From: Guillardia theta CCMP2712
Lineage: Eukaryota > Protista > Cryptophyta
Assembly: GCF_000315625.1 (NCBI RefSeq)
Contig: NW_005434636.1
Coordinates: forward strand, 269,298 to 333,297
Length of the DNA stretch: 64,000 nucleotides
Direction: 5' to 3'
Shown here: positions 38,491-52,054 of the stretch, in pieces
Layout: each line of letters opens with the position of its first letter
Position numbering within the stretch: the first letter of the stretch is position 1
Made by a program: the position numbers and the translations under genes
The notes under the pieces: model-generated
What the model was told of the DNA's origin: nothing
Database searches by the model: none
The model's input: only the letters and a program-made list of their open reading frames with translations

Positions 38491-39860
38491 TTTCTTTTGA
38501 GCAAGGCAAGGGTCCAGAATTTCAGTGTGTTCCAACGCAACAGTATCGGAGCTGATGTATAGGAGGTTGATAAAGACTTATTGGGCAAGAAGGAAGATGC
38601 GATAATGGAAGATCTTGGAGTACTTGAAGGAGGGAGGAGTGAGTTCAGGAGGATGGGGAGATTCTGCGCACGATCCTGGTATGAGTATATATGCGAAACC
38701 CCGGGTTCTCCACCCCCTTCTTTCCCTCACACCACCCCGTCATTTCATATTCAGAAAGGCGGAAACTCCTCCACCCTACCTGAGATACAGACCACCCCAC
38801 CCTCATTCATTAATCGACGAACTGCAACTTATTCTGTACTACCCTCGTTTTGAGTGGAAATTTCTCCTATAAAAGGGGTACTCGGTACTCCAACGGATCA
38901 CAAGACCCCACCCTCAATTTCAGGAATCATCCAGTGCATTAAAAACTATAAGTAATTCAAGGAAAAAAAATTAGAAACATCTACCAAGTAAAATGAAAAG
39001 GGACACGTCCCACCCCTGTAAAGAACTTAAAAGGGAGAATCTGAGAACCCCCTCCCCCCCCCCACCCCCATAATTCGTGGCAAAAGCTATTGCTCCCTTG
39101 TTGACTCTGGAAAGAGGAGGTATACCCACCCCTTCAAAATGAGGATCATTGGAGCATTTTGATCAACGGCTCTTCACTACCCACCCCCAATTACATCTTG
39201 AGGTTTCGGAGTGAACGATGGAAAAGTTGCCCAAATGCTCTTCTCAAATTCAAAATTATTGCATTACCAAGTGTTTTATTTTAAATCTCCCCTCAAGTGT
39301 TTCTTGGGACGCATTCAGAAAAAGGTTTATACTTTTATAACTTATGTAAAGATCGGTCCAATCGAGTAAGCTGCATTTCGTGTCCGAAGGCGACGCGGCT
39401 GTTCCTATCGAAGCGTTCTTTACCACAGACCAAGATTTGTTTTCCTAGGACATGGATACGACTTGATTTGTATGGGGGTCATAGTAAACGAATCTGAAGT
39501 TGACATTCTGCCCGATTTGTATTTTGTTCCGGCCGGTTGATCGCCCGGTGTACTCGGGCCCGGCCCCTTTCACTGAGTTAGCCGGGCCGTCGGGGACCTT
39601 CTTGTCCTTTAATTGGGTAGACTGAGTTTGCCAGGCACCGGCCCGGACTAGGGCCCGGACTGTGACTCCCATCAGTGGGGCGGGCCTGTAATCGCATCGG
39701 ACATTGGATGATGCGACCGCATCCCAGGTGCTGCCCTGGCCCGCCCTCGCCGCTCATGCTTTCCCCCTCGTCGATCCCATGCGATCTCACCTACATCCAT
39801 CTCTCGATGAGATGCCACTGTGACATGTAGCCTTGCTCCCTGCTAGGGACTGTCGAAATC

Positions 39861-41519
39861 ATGCGATCCATGCTCCTGATCGCAGCGATGATATTTTCGT
39901 GGCCATGTGGAGAAGGAGAAGTGGTGACGAATCCAGCCAGCAACGACTGGAAGTGTCAGGCATCGATGTGTCGGAGTCGAATTGTGTCTCATATAGTAAT
40001 GAGAGGCGGAGCAAGGATGACCAAGATTGGTAAGAAGATCTACAAAAGGAAGATGAGAGCGAGGAAGAACAAGAGACCCAAGGGAAAGAAAATACCTAAA
40101 CAGCTCATCTTCAAAGCTGAGCCATACTCTTCGGACAGTGAAGAGATGGCCATTGCTAAACACGAAGAATCTGTAGATGAGAACAAGGATCGCGAGCACA
40201 TGTTGAGCGACGACATGGGGAAAAATGAGAGTAAAGAGCTGCTGCATACCAAATATGGTGGTGTCAACGAGGATGGCACGGACGGTACAGACGCGGCAGA
40301 ATTTGATGGAGTCTTCTATTATCGTCCACGGAACGAAACTGATGCTGAATGGCAACATGAATGTGTGTAATAGTCATGCCTGACTATGTTTATTGGCAGT
40401 GGATTCCTGATAGCTATTCCTTTCAGTCGAGGAGAAGTTCAACAAGCTGTATCAGAAGCTTGCAGAGCTCCATAACTCAACGGAGACAGTCTATCGATAC
40501 ATGGATGAGGACCCTTGGGTGCGTTGAGCTCATTTAACATAACTTCTTACGGATTGCAGTGGAGCGCAACCTGGAGGAAACGACAAGACCTGACAGAGTA
40601 CTTTGCGATGAACGCCTTGGTAAGGGAGTCTTCGATGTACATTTTTGAATTCCTGCAGGTCAATTTACAGTATGTTGAGCTGATGGACGAATACATGAAG
40701 TTGAAGATTGAGGGGAAGTAATTGTACCCGGATCTCTTCTCATTACAAGTTGACATTGCTCATAGATGGTTTCCTGAGCACAAGATTGGATTTCGGATCT
40801 CCGAGACGAAAAAGATGCTGGAGCAATTAGAACAGCAGCGACCAGAGATCTCGAAACAAATGCATGACGTACTACATGCGTTTATTTCGCAAGACAAGGT
40901 GCTCGACTTGCAAGGAAGATGAAGAAGATTTCACTTGACAGGGTTTTCACAGATGGAAGATAAGGAGAGAGCAAGAGTAAAGGCAAAGCTGAATATCTCT
41001 GAATCGGAGGACGACATTCAGAAACCGATCATGTTGGAAGAGTTCTTGCAGTTGACCAATCTGGCATCGTCTGAGGACCTCAAGCGGAGAGAGAAAAGGC
41101 TGGAGCGTGAGGATCAAAAGAAGAAACTTGCAATTGAGTACAAAGGGAAAGAAAATGATGTGGACTTTTGGAAGGGCAAACTCAAGAATGCGATCAACCT
41201 GCAGGAAAGCTTTGGAACTTGCTTGAGCGCTGTGACCTGTGAAGCAGGAGGGCGTTAAATCCAAGAAGATCAAGGAGAATGACGAGGTTAGGAAGGAGAT
41301 CTCTCAGATAAACTTTTACGAGTCACAATGGCTCAATGCATATGATTCCATTTTCAAAGAATCAAAGGTCGTTCATTGTGGCGCATGACACCTCCAAGCT
41401 GATTTCTTTTGAGCCAGGTAAAGTCATCGAAGAAACAGAAAAGCACGGGTAAGCTTTGTAATGAGGTCGAAATGCGAAGCTAAAATGCTCAAAAGGAAGA
41501 GAAGATCAACCGAGAGTGA
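39861..41519 (+). CDS. Hypothetical multi-exon protein with signal peptide
   Basis: MRSMLLIAAMIFSWPC..., MRGG followed by a Lys-rich tract, then a chain of short GT-AG-separated exons. No domain recognised. Confidence 0.5.
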
Positions 41520-41579
41520 AACTGGTTTGAAACGCGTCAGGTAGATTTCGTCCGAGCCGCGCACTCTATATAAATTTAC

Positions 41580-42879
41580 AACGAGGTTGAATCTAAATTA
41601 TTCAGTCTTATCGTGAGAAATCTACTGAATTCCCTTTGTCGTCGGAATTCCTCTCAAAACACACCTTGCCGGCTTGTCAAATCTCTCCAATCTCAAGTTC
41701 ATCTCAGCAAGTTTACCTTGTTCGGCCGATGTCCATCGGGCCAAAGGCACAGGTTCTCGTGGATTTTGCAGTCGGTGACTGTAAGGGAGCATTGTGTTTT
41801 GTCAAGAGAGGAAAACGTGTCTCTGTTCGAGCATATTTGGGTTCCTCGCACGTGCAACTGCCATTATTTGGGTCATGAGCCAAATCACCTCCAAGGGGTC
41901 TCTTTCACCGCTGCAGAGTCCCCTACGCCAATGGCGAAGTGAGCTGAGTGAACTTTGCTGCTTTCGATGGTGACTGAGGCTTTTCCACAAGCAGCAACCG
42001 CACATCTGGGCCAAGACCCAGGGTGAGGAAAGGTTAGGAACTGGAGCTCCACAACACCTTGCTCGCCCTATGTTACAGCCATGAAAGCTTGCGCTCCCCC
42101 CTGTGCTCATGACAGCATTCCTGAAGGAACCGTGAGGATAGGAATGCAGAAACCAATGCTTCCCACGTCTTGATTGTGTGCTTCCATCCTTCCGGCATGC
42201 TGTTACTTGTCGGTAGGCTGCTGGCATGGACGGAGCAGTCGTGGAAAGTCCACCTGCCTCTATCGATGCGCAGACAGTCGCCCTCTGTTCGTAGGCAGTC
42301 ATACATAAGGAATGAAAGTTGATGATTCACCGTGGCAGCAGAAAGAAATTCCCTTGAAAGATCCTCCGACGTCGTTGCTGAGGATCCAGTTACCCTTGAC
42401 AGTCACCTGACGCTAACTCACAAGACGACAGTTCATCGAGGATTCTCACCTGCCCGTTTGCTTGAATGTTGACCTTGTTGAGTGGCGCGAGGGGACAGAA
42501 GACTTGAAAAATTGAAACTTAGCCAGCGCAAAATGGGATTTCAAGATTGTCATACATTCATAGAATCCTTGCCTAACGATTATTACCCTATGACATGATT
42601 CAGTATTGGGTTCACACATACACTCGAATCTCACCTTCCATCCTTTGATTGGCGGATGGCTTCTTCCAGAGACAGATCGTCAGGAACATGCAGTTGGTTC
42701 CCTCGCTCGTTCCGTGCCTCATGGTGTGCGCTACTGTTACACAAAATGTCCCTGAATATGTTTGGCTCGATTGATGCACATCTTGCCATTGGAGATGGCT
42801 GTGAGCATAAGAAAACACTCAGAATTTGCTCATGTAGCACATCAAAACGCAGATTTCGGCATTGTGCGGGTGTCTTCAT
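41580..42879 (-). CDS. Putative right-handed beta-helix protein, possibly with an N-terminal F-box-like segment
   Basis: LHVPDDLSLEEAI...VIIVRQGFY...VKGNWIL...CLRIDRGRWTFHDCSV...AVMSTGGSASFHGCNIG resembles pectin-lyase-like repeats. Weak call. Confidence 0.45.
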
Positions 42880-43377
42880 TCGAACTCTCCCTTTCCTCTT
42901 GTCCTCGTTACAATTTTTCGACCGACCTTGTTTCCTACTCCTCCTGTCCTCCTGTCCTCCTGTCCTCCTGTCCTCCTGTCCTCCTGTCCTCCTGTCTTCC
43001 TCCCCTCCTCTCCTCCTGTCTTCCTCTCCTCTCCTCTCCCCTCCCCTCCACTCCTCTCCCCTCCACTCCCTGCCCTCCGAAACTCTCCATGTGGCGTGTG
43101 AAAAGTTTGAACCCTTTGAGGCCTGAGGGGGGAAGTGGTACCAACAAAAAAAAAAGTTTAGTATCGACTACCCCTCCTCGTCCCTCAATTGAACCTGACC
43201 CACCCACCCCTACCAGCAGAGCCGATGCCGCGAGCCCGCAGGGGGAGAAAGCATAGAGAGGGGAGGGAAGGGAGCAGGAGCAGCAGGAGCAGGAGGAGGA
43301 GGAGGAGGAGGAGCAGCAGCAGCAGGAGGAGCAGGAGCAGGAGCAGCAGGAGCAGGAGACAGGATAGGATCTGACAA

Positions 43378-43716
43378 ATGATGCCTTTCGTTGAGGACAC
43401 AGGGTGGAATCAGTGCGATGCACACGAGAGAGATCTGAGAGGGCATGTAGAGGACTTGTTGTGAGGGAAAGAAAGCCAAAGGATGTTTGTAGGTGCTTCA
43501 ATAGATGGCTTTGCGGTTTTGCTGCAAGTTTCTCAACCAAGAAGCATTGCATGGAGCTGATGATTCTCTGCACAGATTTGGCGAATACCTTTAAACGTAG
43601 TTGGCACTCAGGGCCAAGGGAGTTTGGTGAGCAAACCGTGTGCTTGCAACTTGAGATTTACTTGTTTGAAAGGACGCCTCTCAAGATTCCATAAATGATT
43701 TCGAAAGAGAAACTCT

Positions 43717-43756
<40 letters not shown>

Positions 43757-46193
43757 TCGTTGGATTCTTCCGCCAATCGCGGTCCCATCGGAGGCCCCTT
43801 CGAGAAGGAAAAGATCTTGAGGACCGCCTTGGTTGCAGTCTCGAAGAGAATGGGCGAAAGCTTCTACTGCTGGTTCAATCTCGGCCTCATGTACTTTCGG
43901 AATCAAGTCTACACGAAAGCCAAGGAAGCGTTCAAGAGATGTCTCGACTGTCTCAAGGGCTACAAGCAACCCCTCAAGCTCATCAACGAGAAGCGATACG
44001 TGACGCTCGAGGCTCGGGTTATGTCGCTCCATGCACAGTGTTGCATATACGAGTTGACGTTGCCAGGGATGGTGGCTACAGACGAGCACAACCCTGTAGA
44101 TGTCCAAGAACAATTCATACAGGCTACCAAGACTGATAACATGCAACCAGACATTTGGAACAACGTTGGGCTCTTGCACATGTCTCTGGATAAGTTTGAT
44201 GGCGCAAAGATGATTTTCCAGCCTATCCTCATGAACTTCACGCAGTACAATGACGCGATTTCAAACTTGGGTGGAAAAAACAAAACTGAAGTGCTAAACT
44301 GATATGTTTGCAGGGCTTTCACATCTTTGTAACGGTGAACTTACTGATGCTGCAAGAAGCTTTCAGACTGTGATATTGCGGTCAGGCATTGCTACCGAAT
44401 TATCTTGCAATGACGTTCTTGCAGAGATTCTTCCCATCTTGAGGCCTTGAACAACTATGGCGTCCTCCTACTTCGTCACCGGAACTACAAGAACGCGATC
44501 GTTTTCTTCGAGAAGGCAACGCAGAAGCCTGTGCAGGGTCATTTTGTGTTGACTCTGTCGCCAGGCCATTGAGCTCGATCCTGGACAATCGTATGTGTGG
44601 AGGTGAATGCTGGAGATGAGGACATTGCGATGGAACTGATGGCTCGCCACAGCAATCTTGCATGTGCTTACAGCGCGGAGGGGAAGTTGAACGAAGCTGC
44701 TCGTGCGTTCAGACAAGCGAGAGAGCTAGACGACACCAACGTACAGGTCTGCTCCCTTGCTTTTCCCCCTCTCCTCTCCCTGACACCCACGGTCAGGCAA
44801 CATGCAACCTTGCCCATCACATCACGTGGATGGTACAATCTGAGGCCGACCCAGAAGCGCGCGCCAGGAAGCTGGAGCAAGCAGAGCACATGTAGAGATG
44901 CTGGCGTTCGGCGCTATCTGCTGATATCCATGGCAGGTACTCAACTGTACTCTGCGATCAGAGCAGCAGCGTACAAGCCTGGACAGGCCTTGCTGCGGTG
45001 TTCAAGAGTCAGGTGAATTCAGCTTGAACAAGGTCTGAGGTGACTTGTTCCTCTCAAGTCTGAGATGGCAACATCGGAGGAGAAGCGTCGGGAGTACAAG
45101 GAGCTTGTGATGAACGAGAGTCAACATCTGTTTGCAACTAATCTGTTGTTTCCTAGGCACTGGAAGCATTTTCTCTGGCCATTGAAGCGGATTCGAGCGA
45201 TCCTGTAGTTTGGTCTCAGGTCCGGTTCTGATATGTATAGAATTATTCTGACTGAGAGTAGATGGGGATGTTGTGCATGGGAGAGGGAGATTACAAGAAT
45301 GCAGAAACTTTCTTCAAGAACAGCATCGAAAAGGTAGAGATAGACCGAAAGACTTTGTTCTGTTTGACTTGGTCCCTCGTGTATCAGAGCAAGCAGATCA
45401 GAAACGTTCATCCGATCCTTGCAACTTACTGCAACCTTTGTGTAACATACCAGGTCTGTGGCAAATCGGAGTGTTTGCCTTCCTGACCCTCACCTTCAGC
45501 TCGGCGAGCAGTTTGCTGAGTCAAACAGCCTGTACCAGAAGGCGATAACGCATTTCAAAGACTCTTACATCCTGTACAACAACCTCGGCAACTTGTAAGA
45601 CTTTCATCTCATTGCTCCACTTCCTTGCTTCCCTTCGATCTCGTCCTGCGTTTCTGTTCTTGAGGGGATTGTGAGACGTTGGCTGTCAGGTATCGGCAGA
45701 TGAGTAAGTTCGATGACGCGCACAAGGCCTTTGACCTCTGTCTCCGCTTGAAGCCGGTATTGTTGTGTTCTGCTTCCCTTCCTTTCCCTCCCTCCCTCCC
45801 TCCCTCCCTCCCTCTTAGCTTCATTGACTTCCTATCTCTTGCAGGACTACGCCATCGGGCACAACAACTTGGGCTTGTTGTTCATCGCTGAGGAAAAGTT
45901 TGTGGAGGCGAAGGTGGAGCTGCAGACAGCGCTAGCGATTGACAGCGGGCTTGACTGTACGTGGAGGTGCCAACAGAGGAGGGGGAATGTGACGTTGTCA
46001 CAGGTGCTAAGAGCAACCTCCTCAAGCTCGTGGAACTCGGTGAGTGGCAGCGAGAACGGGGAAGGAGGGAGGAGGAGGAAGGGAGGAGTTGGTGGACTCT
46101 AGGGAAGGAGGAGGAGTTGAGGATCGTGATGGATGTGCTGCAGAGAAACGGAGGATGCGTGGCAACAGCGGGAAGCAGCCGGGCAAGAGCTGA
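43378..46193 (+). CDS. Tetratricopeptide-repeat (TPR) protein, multi-exon
   Basis: Repeated TPR motifs: CWFNLGLMYF...AKEAFKRCL; IWNNVGLLHM; ALNNYGVLLL...AIVFFEK; SNLACAYSAEGKLNEAARAFRQA; LYNNLGNL|YRQMSKFDDAHKAF; HNNLGLLF. Confidence 0.88.
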
Positions 46194-46700
46194 GCGTTCG
46201 AGATGCGGCGCCAACTTGGCTAGTAAATAAGAAAAATACAAAAAAAGAATCACAAACTTTCTCCTTGTTCTTTGAGCTCATGCTCAGCTGGGTGACTTAA
46301 GATTGTCGGCCCAGCTGAGGAACAGACTGTACTGACTCGCCGGCCCGGCGGTCCCGGCCGAGGCGCCGTACTGAGTGTGGTGACCCCCGGGCGCCCGCGA
46401 CACTGACAGACCGTACGCAAACTTGAAAACATGGTCCGCCTCAGAGTAGACCATTGCGGTTTGCCCTTCTTTTTCAGTCAATAAAACATTGTGGAAGATG
46501 CGATCGTTGGCAGACGAGGGAGTCGGAAGTGGGAGGAGAGGGAGAGGAGGAGGAGGAGCGACAGGGAGACGAGAAGGTTGGAAGGAAGAGAGAGGAAGAG
46601 GAGGAGCCGAGGGTGTAAAGTCGCACTGAGAGAGGCAGGGACTAGAGGAGAGAAGAGCCTCAGGCTCTGCTAGCTGATCAGGTCGTCACCCCATATCGCG

Positions 46701-48022
46701 ATGGCGCGCACGCGAGGAGAGGACCTGTCGTCTCTTGGAGTCGACTTGCCGTCGTTGGTCTCTGACACGAGGCCTCTGCGATCAAACTCGGTCACGACTC
46801 TACCCAACAGAGCCGACCAGCTCGAGGCTTCCGAGCTGGATGACGAGCTTATAGAGATCCTCTCGGAGCAGCTGAGAAGAGTCTTGTCACTCTGCAGGTC
46901 AGAGGTGGTGGAGTCCGTGCGGCCAGAGATCGATGCTGTCTTCCATGCCATCATCTACTCGTTCTCCGTGTGGTCTGGTGCGCAGACGCCCGGGAACGTC
47001 TTTCAGAACTTGATCTTCATAGACTCAAGAACTTACAATGCGTCAAAGTCGCAGGGCAAGCCGATCTCGACCAGGTGAGAAGCTCCTGCACTCCCTTCTG
47101 CCTCATCGTCATCTGCAGGCAGAAGGTCTTGCATGGTCTGGTCTTCGTCCTCCTGCCATGGTTGTGGGCGCGCGGCTCGCGGTACCTGGCGAAACACGAG
47201 TGGGGAGCCATGGCTGAGCAAGACTGGAGGTATAAGGTGTGGAAGACTGTGCAAAGGATGGAGAGCCTTCACAAGCTTCTCGTGGTGCTGAACCTCCTCG
47301 TCTTCATCAGGAGAGGGAAGTTCCGGTCAGTGGGGGAGCGGGTAATAGGCATGCGTGTCATCCCTCAGGACCCTTCGCTGACCCGAGCTCTCAACTTCGA
47401 CTACATGAACCAAGTCCTCGCATGGCAGACGCTGCAGGAGGTGCTGACCTCCCTCCGCCCCATCGTCGTCAAGAATGTCTCGCGCGCAAGAGCAAGGTTC
47501 CTCTCGGTCATCAGCACGGGGAGGCAGAGCGAGGGGGTTGAGGAGGCTGGTGGGAGAGGCGGCGAGCGGCGATGGGCCTGCAATCTCTGTGGATCAGAAC
47601 CAGCGAACAGGTGGGAAATTTGAACCAAGGAGGAGGTGGGGACAGGGAGGGGGAGGGCGAGTTCAAGGGGGAGGGGGAGGGGGAAGAAGGAGAGATTGTG
47701 CAGAAGGGGTGTAGAGGAATTGGAGTAGAGGACTGGCAGGGGCGTTACTTGTTTTCGCAGTCCTCATTCGGGTGCCTGTGGCCATGTCTACTGCTACTAC
47801 TGCCTGAGTAGAAAGTCTCGTCGTCCTGCTTCAACCTGACGCTACCTCAGGCTCCTTGCTCCATGACGCGATCGACACGGCAAGGTGCAAGGTGAAGGAG
47901 GAGGCGGAGGTCAGGTGACCCGCTGAAGTTGCTTGCAGAGATGCCATGCCAAGTTACAAACATGTCGTAGATGTGAGGTCAGTGCCGTCGATTAGACGCG
48001 CTTGTCCTAGCAAGAGGGGTAG
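46701..48022 (+). CDS. PEX2: Peroxisomal RING peroxin PEX2
   Basis: RADQLEASELDDEL, TPGNVFQNL, GKFRSVGERVIGMR, LNFDYMNQVLAW, then a RING finger CNLC...CGHVYCYYCL...C..C. Confidence 0.85.
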
Positions 48023-48054
48023 CAAGACGCTTTGTTTCACTTATTTACAGTGCC

Positions 48055-49451
48055 TCATGATACCTCCATGGCAGCATCCTCGCTTGCTTCCTGGCTCTCT
48101 CCTTCCTCTTTGATCTCTCCCTCCTCCTTGTTCTCCCCCTGCTCCTTCTTTCTCCCGGCCTCCTTCACTTCTCCTGCCTCCTTCACTTCTCCCGCCTCCT
48201 TGACCTCTCCTCCCTCCTTCTGGTCAGCCTCCTTCTGCTCCCCCTCCTTCTGCTCCCCCTCCTTCGCTTCGTCTCCGGCAGGCGCTGACCCAGCAACTTG
48301 TTACTATCAGCACGTCAAGGAGGAATGTTACCCTTGTCTTTGTGCGTCTCCTTTCCCTTCCCGTCCATGTGGTTGACCACACCCTGAACAACAACAAGCT
48401 CACAAACTCCCTCACTCCCTCACTCCCTCACTCCCTCACTTCCTCACTCCCTCCTCCCTCACTCCCTCACTCGTCCTTCTCTCCCTCCTTCTTCCTCCCT
48501 CTCTCCCTCCTCCCTCCTCCCTCCCCAATAGACCTCGAGGTACTTGTTCTCAGCCGTTGCCTGCAGAACCCCGTCAAGCGAGTTTGTGGCATGAAAACAA
48601 CTCTATCACCTTGTCGAACATGTTGATGTCATAAGAAGCAAGCATTCTCAGCGTGACCCATCTGAGAGGGCCGTTCAGACCTGATCTCTTGCTCCACCTT
48701 CCTCCCTCATCCTCCATCCCCTCCTACCTCCCTCGCCTTACTCCCCTCACTCCTCCAACTCCTTCCTCTCCTTCCTTTCCCATCTTTTTCCCCTTCCAGC
48801 GATCCATCACCTCCAACAAGGGACGTTGTTCTTGCGGAACTCTTGTTCGATGTAGTTCTCCGGGTCCGCCTCCATCCTCACAATCTGCAGCAACAGTGAA
48901 ATTTGTTCCAGCCTAACTGCCGTAACGAACCGCAAGACGCTCTTCGAGCTTCGTTGAGTTGGGATTTCCTGAGACGCCCATCAACCGACGGATGGAAGGA
49001 AGAGGAGAAGAGAGGGAGGAGGGAGACGGGAAGAAAGGATGTATGAGGACATGAGAAAAGGCGAACACAACGAAAGGAGCAGACAGGAGCAGGAGAAATA
49101 GGAGGAGGAGAGAGGGAAGGAAGGGAGGAGGGAAGACGGGAGGAGGGAGGACGGGAGAGGGGAGGACGGGAAACGGAAGGAGGGGAGAAAATAGCAAAGA
49201 AGAGGTTCTAGGTCTCCTCACCCAGCCCGTTGGCGATGTCTTCAGCGCTTGAGTTGGACTTTCGCTCCTGACGAGGAAGGTGAGAAGGACGTGAAGGACG
49301 TGAAAGATATGAAGAAAGACCTTCGGCTTGCAGATTTCTAACAGACTGCCATTCTCAAAGGAAGCGGGGACAAAGTTGTCTTTCGTCTGAACGAAACCCG
49401 GTGAATAGAAGAGCGGAAACAATCAACAGTCCGATTGGGAGGTGGAATGAA

Positions 49452-49486
<35 letters not shown>

Positions 49487-52054
49487 TCACTCTGATCTCC
49501 GAGGGCAGAGAGTACAAACATTCACAACCTTCATGGTGAAAAATCTTCGCTTCCACAGCGCTCCCGCATTTTCCATGCTTTTCCTCTTATCCCCCACCTG
49601 GCCGAATCCTTGCGTCAGATGTGAAGGCGAAGGAAAACAAAATGTCCACCAACCTTGATTGCAACGTCTTCACCATCTGCCACCTTGCTCTGCATTCAAA
49701 CTCCATCAACCCTCTCCCCCACCCGGGTAAGGCCGCAATCGCAACCTTTGAGAAATCCGGACATTTATCCTGCGAAAGTCATGAGAGGCTCGTTCAATCA
49801 TTTGGTAGTTGCCCACCTTCTTCCACCTCGTCCAGTTCGCTTCTCGCTGTAGAATCTTCCTGAGAGTCTCCACGAACTACTGACACCTCAACCCTCGTCC
49901 CCTCCAAGGTGCGGCAACTGCGTCACCTCCTTCCCGCTGGGAGGAATGTTGCCGAGCAGCTCGAACGTCGTGTCCTGATTCGTGAGTCATGTCTTGCTTC
50001 GCAGAGCAGCACGGGGAACCATGAGCTTGTTGAGATCTTCTTTCTGCTTCTTGGTAAACTCTGAAAGACCAGTTCTCAGCACGTCTGCAGGAGGGACAAG
50101 CAACAAGAGCGGGTGTGACAAGTTACCTAGAGTCTTCGCAGGATGGACAGCACGATCGAGCAGGTATTGCAGCACTATGAGGTACTGCGATCCCATCTCA
50201 ACATCTGCAAGGCAACCACTCCCCTCCCCAACCTGAACCAGAACTTGTCGGCGGAAGATCGGATCTTGAAGCTCCAGGGCGACCAGCTGCGAGTCGAGAA
50301 GGAGAAGAAAAATTCACAATCTATCAAGACTTTAGCTGCAGTACCTTCGTCGAGGTCAAGAAAGCAGGAAAGTAAAATTCTCGGTCTGCGCTGTGACCCA
50401 CGGCAATCCCCTACAAGGAACTTGAGTGAGCTGATGGGTTTCGACTTGTGTTGAGCAACCTCAGTGTCGGACAGGCTGTACGATGAGAAGCAATCAAGAA
50501 CGAGCGTCATGCCCTGCCCATAACGATCAGCAACACTTTCACCCCCTCCAAACCAGGCATGTCAAAGAGACCTGAATCATCGAATCCACAAGTTCAGGGC
50601 CTGGGAAGGAATAGTGAGAATCGATGTGGAATGGAGGGGATTCTCACCGCTGAACAGCGCAGAAGGGTCGTGTAAGTACTTTTGAAGCCCCCAGAATGTC
50701 TTGTACAAGGAGAAAGAGACCTATGAACAAGCAATTTCACAACAAGTGGAATCAGTTGCCATGTGAATAAACCTCCATTTGCCCGTCAAGCTTCTCGTCT
50801 GTCGACTTAAGATAAATCTTGCTCTCGTCCTTGTCTTCATCCTCCATCCTTACACATCCTCTTCAGTGACCAAACAACCCGTAACTGAAATTACTTGGTG
50901 TAGTCGATATCTTCGAGATTCTCTTGAAATTCAGTCACATTGGCTTTGTTGAACTCCCCCTGCAAGGCTTGACTCACCAATCAAACAGCATCATCTCCTT
51001 CCTCACCTTGAGATTCACTCCTGACTTCTCTGATAGCGGCAGGACATGGGCGAGGAACATCAGAACTCGGCCGCACAACAGCAGATCGCAAGTCTTGGAC
51101 AGCCGTTGCATCAAAGTGTTGCAACAACGGAGTAACGCAGCCTGTAGAACTGGCAATCAGAAGAACTAAAGTTGATTGCGATGTAGGGTGACCTGACTGT
51201 ACTTGTGTTCTCCCTGTTCCGTCAAGTCGCGCATCTTTTCCACCCTCTGCACCAATTCAGCTGAACTCTTCAAGCGAGTGTGATCTACCGTCTCCAAGTA
51301 CGAAAACGCTTTGCTGCATTGTTCAGCAGTCTGCAGAGGGGAGAAAATGGTCAAAATCATACAGGTATCATGCATCGATTCACCTGTCCTTCGAATAGTT
51401 CGTGCATCGCCATCAAAGGGAGCTGAAAACAAAACTGTCAACCACAGAAGAAAGGAGTTTGGCTGAATCTCACGGACCTGTCTCGGTACCATGTTGCTCA
51501 TTGCCGCATGCATCGACAAATCGAGCAAACCCACGACCTGACCACCAGCCTGAGCGACAAGGTCAACATGAGAGCTTGCATACCTTCGCATCTTGAATGG
51601 CATCCTGCCAGTCGAGGACAGTCATGTCAAACCCTCAGGCACAGTGGCAGGTGTCTCACCTTCCCTTCTTTGTTGTTTCGCTGAACGAGATCCTCCAACA
51701 CCATCCTGAAGGCGAGCGCTTTCCGAGCGTCAGATACGACCAGGTGAAACGTGAGGTCTACCGATGGACTCCTGCTCCTCGGTACCCTCCGCACCCTTCC
51801 CTTCCTCGGGTTTTTCGTAGGTGCATCCAGCCTTGGCCAGCTGCGCAAACAAGAGACGTTGGTTGACCTCGGAGCAAGAAGGGTAATTTGCGAGAAGAAC
51901 CTCTTCTTGCAGCTTCTGGGGAGCTGAATCGGGATTTGTAGCTGCAAACTCTGCGGCTGGAACCAGCATCATAAGCACCAGGTGATGTGAATGGTTCAAT
52001 ACCTTTGTGGATGGCTACTTTGGCGCCATCAACGTCGAACTTTACAGTGGGCAT
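48055..52054 (-). CDS. THOC1: THO complex subunit 1 (HPR1)
   Basis: LLRCCNTLMQRLSKTCDLLLCGRVLMFLAHVLPLSEKSGVNLK, SLYKTFWGLQKYL, and a later basic 'LQIR' region typical of THOC1. Acidic tail ends at 48055. Confidence 0.9.
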